From positions 16,492,001 to 16,556,000 of the forward strand of contig CM059447.1 in assembly GCA_030390025.1 (NCBI GenBank): a stretch of 64,000 nucleotides of DNA, given 5' to 3'. Made by a program: the position numbers and the translations under genes. Below are positions 49,935-60,900 of this stretch, piece after piece. The notes under the pieces are model-generated. The model made no database searches, was not told the origin of the DNA, and was given only the letters and a program-made list of their open reading frames with translations. This stretch comes from Squalus acanthias (taxonomy: Eukaryota). The first letter of the stretch is position 1. Every line of letters begins with the position of its first letter.

Positions 49935-50721
49935 TAATGAAGATATTGCTTTAAATATCTTTTTTTTTAATCCTGTCTTGGGTAAAGCTTTTCTCCACCC
50001 TGTGCAGCATTTGAAGGCTGAAATGGAAAAATATCCCAAGAAAAATGGCTTCTAAAATACAAAAACTTATTTTAAATCATGTACAAAATAACACAAACAG
50101 TCTTGTGGCAAATTTGAATTCATGATCTGGACCAGCCAATATTGCGTCTGCAAATAGGGAGAAAACGAACTGATTCGAACTGCTTAAAGGGGTAATTTAG
50201 TAGATCTGTAGAGGACGTGATTCGTGCTTGAAAAACTCTACCAAAAACTGGTGCTGTTCTAATTTTCCTGTTTGCACTTGAGTTCTCAGTCATGGTATGT
50301 AAAGTGAAAGTGTAACAGTCTGAATAAGAATGATGATGTTGCTTTGAACTATAACCTAGTTATCATGACACATCCATTGAGTCATTATCTTCAACTTGAT
50401 ATACCTTCCTGTTTTAATGGAAAACATTTAATCTTCAGGAGAGGAGCTGATCCTAAAATGGTCATATTGTGATGAAGAAATATTAGATGAACAGGTCATT
50501 TGTGAAACTTACAGTATATTAATGAAAACGCCAAGGAAAGGGAAAGACTCTGCTGTTGTAGCAATAATGCGACCTCTACCATTGATTTGGGGAAACGCTT
50601 GTCTTTGAACATGGTATTGTTACAGATGCCAAAAATGCCAACAGCTTCAACTAATCAAGACCATTTTGTGCATTTCACACTATTGGTTTAAGACTATTTG
50701 TTCTTTCTCTCCAATCTAAAA

Positions 50722-53700
50722 ATGGAGAATGCTTCACCAGGAATGCAAGTGTGTCCATTTTGTGGTAAAGCTTTTAAGCGGCTAAAAGCACATCTTCCTC
50801 ACTGTAAGATGGCCAGAAATGTGAACAGTAAATCCAATTCTAAAAAGACAGAGGTACCTATTGCAATTCCACAGCTAGAATTGAATTGCAAATTAGTTAG
50901 AACTCCAGCATCGCCTAACAAGAAAGCAAACTCAGCAAAAACAGTAACACAGAAAGCAAAAGCAGCAGCAACAAAAAAACAGAAGAGTTTAATAGGTTTG
51001 GGGAATGAATCGTGCACTTCTGAACAAACTGTTTGGAGTAGGGGTATTAATGAACCACAGTCAAGTCAAGGAGATTTGATGGACAACAGAGAGCCAATCG
51101 GAAAAAAACGGCAACAGTCTGTTAGTAGGACAACTAAAGGACAACCTAAAGAGGCAACAAAAGAAATGGTCAGAAAAACAAAGTTAAGTGAACATTCTTC
51201 AAAACAAGACCAAGACAAAGTAGATGTAAAGTTAAAAGGCACTACCAGAACAAAAGTGAAGAGAACTCAAGAGATTGCAAGTAATAACTCTATAAGGAAA
51301 GTACAAGAAAATATTGAGGACAGTTCACTGAGGCCCCCACTAAATGAAAAAGGAAGTGCTGACCGGATATCAAAAAATATATTTTTTCCTAAAGTGAACT
51401 CAATTCTTAATTTAGAACATATTCAGACTAGACCAGAATTTGAGAAGGAGACAGCTGTGTTGGATCTGCAGTCCCATGACATCGTACCTCAGTCATCTGG
51501 TGCCGTCAGATCAAATTCACTTCACTCCATAAGACGAGAGAATGTGGTTCCTAAGATTGACAAAAGATGTCAAAGTGACCAGAATGAAGTCACAGAAGGA
51601 ATAGTCTCAAATAAAGTAATATATGAACAGAGTTCAATAAACAACATCAAAACTAGTGTGTGGCATCACATTAAAGAGAATTTGTGTCGAAGAACAACTA
51701 CCAGTGCAAAGCAGGATTTTATTTTGAAAGTGAACACAAGTGTGAAGGAAGATGGTTATAGAGCTGACATTTTAGAGACTAGTCATAGTACTTCTGTCTG
51801 TGATTCATCCACGAGCAATCATGGAAATGGCAGCATAATTATGTCTTCTATGCGAGTGAAGGACTTAAATAAATATGAAGGAAATCCACATACTGGTTAT
51901 GTGGCAATGAAGAAAATAGAACCAAGTGACTTGAACACAAATGGTGTTGCACAGTCTGAATATTTGCATTTGACACAAAAAGAAAAGTGTTGGAACAAAG
52001 ACTTGTTTTTATCAACGAGCTCCGCAAAAACACAATATTTGGATGAAAGGATTAAAGAACTTCACCCCAGTGTTTGCAGGAAAGCTGGGGTAGGAATGGA
52101 GTGGTTTCCTGAACTGTATCCAGGGTACCTTAGCATTGGGTTGAGTATGCTTCCTGAGCAAACTAAACAGTTGCAAACACCCAGAAGGCTATCTGCCTCT
52201 CGGAGTGAGAATACAAAAGGTACAATCAGCTGTATATTTAGAATGTTCTACGACAGTTCTGCCATGTTTGCATATTTGTTGATGATTGACCTACTGTAAA
52301 ATGCCTTAATCGCACGTTTAAATCCATATTTGCTTTGGGGAAAAATGCAATTCTAAAATATTTAAAATACAAAATTATCTAATTTTTATGATACTTTGCT
52401 GCAGTATCTTACAATTTATCTCTTTTTATACTGCGTGTTCTACTGACCTATGTCTGTGTTTCCTTACTATGGATGCTAAGGTGGTCAAATATTTATATGA
52501 AAGATGTAATCTCTATAACCTGACAGTGGCTCATCTTACCAATGCAATACAAGTGCTTGCTGTGTAAGTAATTGGGCCATGTTGGATTGGTTTATTCTGG
52601 TCCACTATGGCCGCAAGCACTTGCTATACCTTTTCCTTCAAGGAACTACTTTCGGCTGCTTCCTACAATCCACAGAGGTCTACTTTCCAAACTCTTTCGC
52701 AGGGTTAGTGAGGTAGCCTGGAAATGTACAACTGTTTTGGATCAGTTTTTGTATTGGGTAATCACTCTTCTATACATTTTATTTGATTTGTACAATTGTA
52801 TAGAAATTAAAATCTGTTTCATGTAATGTTAATGTGAACTCCTGAGAATTATGTCTAAGAATTATGGGTATTATGTTTGATACATGCATTACATTTTTAT
52901 AAAAGTAGTTGCAATATTTGAACACTGCGCTTAAAATTAATACTTTGTAAGAGTGACAAATGGACTTAAATCAACAAAACTTGACACCCATTTGCAACTG
53001 TAAATCTCAAAGCAAAGATTAATTGTTGCAAATCATTTTAAGTGAATTTTGAAATTTGATGCAGCGTTGCCTTTGTTAACGGTGCTATGTGTCTGCTAGC
53101 TCTATGTATGAGCTTGCAGTGGAAAATTGTCTACCCTTTGCCCATTTCTTTGAAACAGTTTTGATGGGATGCGCCTTGGACGTAGCTTCCATGGTAAAGT
53201 TAGGAAGAAGTACATTCATTTTGCAGCTGGTATATGTGCAGTGAGTTGGCAATTTTTTCTGCAAACACTTTTTCTAAGAGGGTGGTCATTCTCCAAGTAG
53301 ATTCGATGAAAACCGCTTGAACTGTGGCTGGAATAGAAGCAGGCTGTAGTGGGGATGTCAGTGGCCTTGCTTTTTTTGTGCTAATGGAGCCATTTTTTCC
53401 CCCCGCCTGTTGGTGAAATAGTCGCACAGTATAAATGGGGGAGGAAATGGAAACATTGAACTACACCTCTGGATTAAACAAGATACAAGATCTCGGCTTT
53501 GATTTTATCAACCCTAACTTCAGAAAATCTTGTTGGAATCCTCACAGCCCTCTGAAAACAGATCTTTATATTCTTCCGGTTATGAAGTGCTGATGAATGA
53601 ATAAACTTGAATTTATATAGCGTCTTTCATGACTTCAGGATGTCTCAAAGCACTTTACAGCCAATGAAGTACTTTTGAAGTGTAGTCAGTCTTGTAATGT

Positions 53701-54500
53701 AGGAAATGCGGCAGCCAATTTGCACACAGAAAGCTCCGACAAATGGCAATGAGATAATGACCAGATAATCGGTTTTAGTAATGCTGATTGAGGGATAAAT
53801 GTTGAGCACGATACCGGGAAGAACCCCCCAGCCCTTCGAAATAGTGTCATGGGATCTTTAACGTCTCATCCAAAAGACGACACGTCCAACAGTGCAGCAC
53901 TCCCTCAGTCTCTGGAGTGGGACTTGAACCCACAACCTTCTGACTCAGAGGTGAGAGTGCCACCCACTGAGCCACAGCTGACAATTAGAACTCCATAGCT
54001 AGAAACGATCTGCCTTCGTAGAGGACAGAAACAAATTTGTCAGTAAAACTGGAGAGATAATTATTTTGAAACTTGTTCCCTGCAGGTTATAGTAGGTATT
54101 ACAATAAATACATTAACGCGAGGAAAGGAGGAGTCAGAGGTGTGATCACGTTGCTTGTGGGATATGCAACCCTCCGCTACATCTGGAATTATGATTACAT
54201 CAGTGAGTACAGCTGTGTCTTCTGACAGTCAATGGGAATGCAGAAAAAATATTTTTTTAAATATCATACTGGAATTTGATTTTCTAATTTTCTAATGCTA
54301 ATTATGTTCCAGAACTACTTTTAGTAATGTGTGAATGACCGTAAATGAACATTCAATTTACAAGTCTTCCCACCCCCTGACAAAAATCAAAAGTGGCAAT
54401 TCCTGTGCATTATATAGACGACCTAGTAAGGAAGGTTCTTGTCAAAAGCCATTCGTGTTTTAACAAGTTATTTAAACCTTTGTTTTCAGAACACGATTGA
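50722..54500 (+). CDS. C17orf80: mitochondrial nucleoid-associated protein 1 (C17orf80 homolog) with C-terminal ATP synthase subunit f-like module
   Basis: Large exon 50722-52219: MENASPGMQVCPFCGKAFKRLKAHLPHCK N-terminus and GMEWFPELYPGY motif, both typical of C17orf80. Exon 54086-54202: GYSRYYNKYINARKGGVRGVITLLVGYATLRYIWNYDYI. Exon from 54490: KHD*WRKYH*. All junctions are phase 1. An additional exon between 52220 and 54085 cannot be excluded. Confidence 0.88.
53601..53983 (-). mobile_element. Deu-type SINE
   Basis: Same tail, core and head blocks in reverse orientation. Confidence 0.8.
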
Positions 54501-54724
54501 TGGAGAAAATACCACTGAAAACCCAAGACTATCATGTTTTTCTGATTCACTCCACTCATACGTCAAGAACAATGGAGGCATTACCTCAGCAAGACAAAAT
54601 ATCAAACATTTTACAGTGGATTTTAGTTATTGTCCCTTTGTTGTGTAGGGGAGGGCAAGGAAAAGGTGAGTGAACCAAAGTTGCTTCATTATGAAAGCAA
54701 TTATGAGTAAAAATTACAAGCTGC

Positions 54725-54730
54725 AATAAA
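54725..54730 (+). promoter_or_regulatory. candidate polyadenylation signal of C17orf80
   Basis: AATAAA about 210 nt after the last coding exon, followed by U-rich sequence. Confidence 0.45.
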
Positions 54731-57700
54731 GATCTTATTTGTAAGTATCACTTTTTGTAATAATTATTTCTGTATATATGGATTATATTTATGTAAAGTG
54801 ATTTGAAAATGCACTTACCTGACTACTGCAGGTAAGAACAGAATTAAAAACAAATCATTAAATATTTCATAAAAATAAATGTGACTTTCAAAAAAAGTAT
54901 TAACAGTCTGGCCTGTAAGTATTAATTAAATAAATGGCAATAAGCACAATTAACTTGTTTCTAAGCTTTTTTGGGATTCTACCACCCATCACACTTGTTT
55001 GAGGTCTTTTTTTTGACTATGAAAATTCAGCATTATGTCGGCAATATCGATGAAAGAGAACCTGACCAGCAGAGAGAGTTCTGTTTAAAATCCGCTCTAA
55101 TGCACTATGGAGTTGGTTTAATTTTGAAACATGTTGGGGAAAATTGTCTTGTGCTTTCATCAAATTTGTACTAGGAGCTTAACTGTATTAATAAGCTAGA
55201 ATTAAGTTTTTACTCTTTACTTGTATAAATAGATATTTTTCTTGGAATTTTTTTTTTTAATAATTGGGTTCTGGACTATGTCTGGTATTGGGACTTTTGC
55301 TACTATGTATACATAATGTCGGAGATGCCTTACTGTTCACCTTTTATCTTCAGGCAATAGAGCATATTAGTTTTGTGACAATGCCAGCACATTGCTAGTG
55401 GAACTATGGACTTGTGCAATTGGAATTTGAAGTGTTAAACTCTGGTACCCTATACTTTTATCTCAATATCGTACTGGAGTGAGACATAGCAAAAGACTGG
55501 CTTAAAATGTAAACAGACACAGCATATCCAAAGGTACCATGTGGCAGGATGAGAATCTGTATCACTGATTGATTAAGTTAAGAAATTTAATTGGACACAA
55601 ATTACAGTAGATGGATTAATGGTGATCTAATGAACCCCACAGGCACTGTAGACCCCAGTTCATATCAGAAGTGAAATCACTAATCAGGGGTTACTTTTTA
55701 AGTTTGGCTATGGATGCAGTTTAAATGAAGCAGTTCTTAAATATATCTTGCAGTTGGTCTCCCATCCAGCTGTATTTCCCAATGATGCACCATGATATTG
55801 TAGATAACCCTTAGAGGGGATATGTACATTACAGATGGAAGCTCAACTGACTCCAAGGTCTGAATTTTCCTCATGGTGGATGGGTATAATTTTACTAATA
55901 ATAATCCACAAAAAAACACACTTGTACAGACATAAGTTTATGCAATAATAAACCAATAAAATTGGAGGCCTGGTAAGGAATGCTCCAATTGCGGTAGTTA
56001 GATGAAGCCTTTTTCACTCTTCCAAACTTGGGAAGTCTAATCGACTGCCCACAAGATAGAAACCGGCAGGAGCTTTACAGGTTTGATATAAAGGAGCCTG
56101 AGGGCTATGCATTAGGTACGCCCAGCCTCTAGCATTCCTTTACCACATTACTATGTTGAGTAAATGGCCACCTCTAGTGCTCAGAATATCTCATGTTTAA
56201 ATAATGTGATTTATATCTAGGCTTCTCATACCAGACCCCATACACTGGAGTTCCATCGTTCAAGAACAGAACTGGAGTAGCTGTGAACGCAAAGACCATT
56301 GAACAATGGGAACAACCATTACAGACTAGATACACCATGGTCTTGAGGCCAGTAACCTCCTTGGGTCTATTCTAGTGTAATTTTCTCAGCACAGTTGAGA
56401 GGAATGCAACTAGTAGTGCCACATAAAAGACAAGTTTAGTGCCAGTTGGATTGAGCACAAGAAGCAGTCCATGTGTTGGAAGTGGCATTTGTCCAGGTCA
56501 CAGGCTGGAATTACCTTTCCTGATGGCACATGTGTAATTGTGCCAGCTGACTTTCATTGACTGTTGACCATGGTAACTGCTGCTATTTGACACCAACTGG
56601 CATCAAATATTCATCAAGTGGTGTGGAGAAGTCCTCCGATGCAGCTGGTGTCAACAGCTGTTTATTTTTTTTTATATATGGCTTTAAGTTAGGATAAGCT
56701 TTTGATGCTGCCAGTTTAAAGAAACGTCTCTGCCTGTACTGTCTTCCAACACACAACCACATTTGTTGAGAGCTAGGCTATAATAGCAGTGACCTCTGCT
56801 CAAGCATTATTAAATGGGAGCTATTCCCTGTGGAGCAGTAAAATCACATTTCACTGAAACCCAGTACTACCATACAGGTGTTTGAATCAGTGTCCAGAAG
56901 GGCATGATGAGCAGTCAGTTGGATATGTAATTTGAGAATGTCTGTTCTAGTCATTTAGCCTATTGTCAGGTCAATTCAAACTACCCATTGAACCATTTCT
57001 CACACCTGCTGTTCTAAAAAATCTGACATTTTGGAGAGAGATGGAACAGTTACCATTGGAAAAATAAGTAAAGCAACATCTAGGAAAATGTCCTGAAGCA
57101 AGGAATTAGTTTAATAAAGTTGAACCCACAAATCATATTTTTTAGTTTGAAAGGGACAGCACTCTATTGAAGTATTGTACTCCTGCATTCTTGATGTGTT
57201 GCAGTTCTGAAGCACAGAACATTTCAAGCAACATTGTAAAACTAAGCAGAAGGATCCCAAATTATTTTCAAATGACATTTTTCTCAAGTGATTTTGCTCC
57301 CTGTGTAGGATTATGGGGTTATGTAGATTCTGTAAGACCTAGGGGATTCAAAAATACAAATCTCAGCTCCTTAAATGGCTCCGCAAGTTTATCCAAGCCA
57401 TATGGAGCAGCACAATGCAGGTTTAACCTACAGTCTACTTAGCTGGGGATGGTCATAGGGGCGCTGGAATTGGCCTTACTATTGCCAGGTTAGAGAAGGG
57501 AAAAATTGGCCAGGGAGATTGCCCCCTGATCATCATCAAGTGACCCCTGCTTTAAGTGCATCTGTGTAGGTATTGGAGGAGGATCAGTTTGGATGCCCCT
57601 GCCTGTTAAATAGTCTGGCAACAGTGTCAGGGTTCACACATGGATAATAGCCACTTGGGCGAGGACCCACTCACGAAACTACCCCAGCGACAAGTGCGTA

Positions 57701-57918
57701 ACCTTTGAGGGAAGGAAAGAAAACTGGAAACCATGATCCAGTGCAATAGTCTAGTTTCCAATGGAACAGTTTTAATCTGTCTTTTATATATTTTGCTTAA
57801 GGTTAAGAAGAATACAATCTGGATAGATTTTTTTGAACTTTTGTAATATTGGATGAAGAAAAGTCCTCTGCTCATTAGATCCTTTGAGTCCTCGATTTCA
57901 GTCCCATTTACAGTTGCC

Positions 57919-60900
57919 TTAGTCGACATGCCAGTGTTTGATTATTGTCTGATGCTTGTTGCACTTGTTGGCATAGTGGCCCTTCTCTCTACACTGAAAG
58001 AAATGGAGAGGGAGAAGGGAAACACACAAGTTTGAGTTATGCAATAAAGTTCCATTTAATTCAGGAAAGGAGATTTGTTTAGATTGCTGTTTTTTCATGT
58101 GCAGGCCTATGGAACAGTGTTTATTTAAACTATTTTAATGAATCATGTTTAACTCATTCCATTGTAATAAATAAATTAAGAGGAACTCAATGAAGGTACC
58201 ATATTTTCCAAACTGTAAATTATATATGAGCACAGCTTAATCAAAAAAAAACTTAGTTAAGGCATTTTTATTTTTTCCACGTCAAAACAATCACATGTAA
58301 TTTCAACATTTCACAAAACTCATTGCTAATCTGGGATGGAAGAGGGCAGAAAACAAACCCTTCTCCAAAAGCTATTTGAACGTGTCTTCATTCCTACACC
58401 CGCCACACCCTATGGGTCGGATTACAGCTGTATCTGAGAAGTGATGCGCTATTTTGTTTTAAACTGGAAAGCTAGGAGATGAATCAGTAACCCCACTATC
58501 AAACAACTAGCATTAACACTGGTGGTAAAAGTTTTAACTTGTGGAATTAATCACTTAGATAGAAAATACATTTTAAAACAGCCAGTTTGCAATCAATGGT
58601 AATATATAGCCAGGATATGTAAAATAACATTAATGTATACCTTGAAGCACGTGACTTTATCGAGACACTTGTAGCCTTGGCCGAACTTTGCCTCTTGGGT
58701 GCTGCCCGTTGGGAAGAGCGAGAGCTCAGCAATTTCCTATAATAGAACACAAATGGTTTCTTGTGTTCAAGGTACTCTTGGGTGTAATATGGGCAGCTCG
58801 CCTGTTTGCATGTACTTGCACTAACTGTAATCGTTTCCCGCTATTGGTGGGCAAATCCATTTCAAAGCGCGTGGCTTGTGTTTTGCCGGGGAAATATAAA
58901 AATTCAATGCAAGATCTGTAGGAAGTAATTGTTTAATCATTAATTTCTCTAAATTCAGAGCAGCTGCAGGTGTCTCTAATAGTGATCTTATCTCTTAAAA
59001 TAGACCGATTTTACATTTCGGTTACTAGTGCACTATTCCAGAGGTGAAATTGTACGTATTTATCAATATGCATTTTGAAAGAAATGCGTATTTGGATCGA
59101 TATTCCATGTTAAAATGAGTGATTGGCACTGTTGAGCGACCAGAGATCAGTGAATCGATGCAAACATTAACTGGCTTTCAAAAATTCAACTCCATTGAAC
59201 AGGAAACTTTCCAGCCAGCTAGTTGTTTCCGAAAGGTAATTATTTTTGCATTAGTAAAAAAAAAATCTAAGGGAAATCTCCCGTTTGTTTCCCACGTTCT
59301 GTATGCCTATCACGCGTAATCCTTGAATAAAAACAGAGAATGCTGGAAATACTTAGCAGCTCTGTGGAGAGAGAGAAACAGTTAATGTTTCAGGTCGATG
59401 ACCCTTAGTCAGAACTGGAAAAAGCTGGAGATGGAACAGGTTTTTAAGCAAACCAGTAAAATCTGTTCCAGCTCCAGCTTTTTCCAGTTCTGATGAAAGG
59501 TCATCGACCGGAAAGGTTAACTCTGTTTCTCTCTCCACAGATGCTGCCTGACCTGCTGAGTGTCTCCAGCATTTTCTGTTTTTATTTCAGATTTCCAGCA
59601 TCGGCAGTATTTTGCTTTTGTACAAGTAATCCTTTACTGATTTACCCAAAGGAATTCCTTTACTAATTTTTATATATATATATATTTTAAAAAGGCTAGG
59701 ACAAACAGTAAGATGGCATGTACCGTACTGCATCTGAAGCCTTGTGAACCCCACCCCACCCCAAATACACACATCTTTAAACCCCGGTGTCTCTTGCACC
59801 TGTTTAGTATTGGAGTTCTCCGAGACGCACGGATTCTACTACACTGCTTGTACTGGAAGAACTGTCTGTTGGAAGCCCTGCACTTGTCGCACCTTCAGAT
59901 GCTTCAGTTCCTGGTGGTGTTGCGCTATGCCCTCGGACGCGGGCAGATCAACTGGAAGCCTCGGCCCGATTCCTTCAGACCCCGTACCCAGCCCTGGTTC
60001 AGCACCCATTCGCACACAAAACATGACAGCATAGAGGGAAAGACGTTTACGAAAATAAAATGACCTTCCTTCTCCCATAGTCTCAGTCTCCGTCATTCCC
60101 CCTTTCTTATTCCTCCAAATACGTGTCTCCTTCTTTCCCTCCAACGGTGGATTTTCCGAATTCCCCCCTAAAAAGCAGGGTTTCTCACCACGTTTCCCTC
60201 ATCGCCCACTCAAGAGGATTTCTTGTTTACTCCATTTCCTCCTCCTCCCCCCACCCCCCAGCAACAGCACAGCTTGTGGAGGCTGGTACTAGAACTTCGG
60301 GGGGGGGGGGGGGGGAGAGACGACAGAAATCAGTCTGCCTCTCCTGAACTAAAATGAGACTCCTGAAGCACTTCAAAACATGATTGAAGTTAGCGATACA
60401 ACTGGAGCTACAACGTCATGAGAGAGAAAAGATAAGCGAGCCGAGGGAAATCAGTGGTGTGGGAACACGCTTTTAAAAAAAAACTTCAGTGTCGACTTCA
60501 CTTAATCGACCAACCTGATCAGAACGAAGCAACAATTGAAGCGATTCAATTTTTAGAAACACATACATGCAGATAGAAAAGCATGGAGTTTCGCTGTAAC
60601 TGCGAAAATATACTTCTGGTGAAACAACCTGTAATCCAATCATTTAATTTTGCAGATTTATTTTCCTTTCTGCATTTCCTGGTTTATTTCACCCTTCAGC
60701 ATTTACTCTCGTTTGTAATCCTTGCTTTTGTTCATTTCCCCCCCATTTTAAGATTCTGCATTTCACTCGCATTTCTCTTTTTATCCCTTTCCCAACTTTT
60801 CCAACTGATATTTGTGTGTGTGTGGGGGGGATGTCATCGTTTCTCTTTTGCTATCTCATTTCAAATTAAATGCAACAAACAGAATGGATGTCACTGATCG

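Noticed and set aside
52220-52299. End of the 533-aa ORF taken as the C17orf80 C-terminus
   Set aside because: It reads through the donor at 52220 into intron; the homologous tail is on the 54-kb exons. The ORF's TTG start at 50698 is also upstream of the conserved ATG at 50722.
54640-54760. SECIS element that would make the C17orf80 TGA a selenocysteine codon
   Set aside because: Only a short hairpin (TTGCTTCATTATGAAAGCAA) is visible, with no AUGA/GA quartet and apical AA geometry; the homologous residue is Arg, not Cys.
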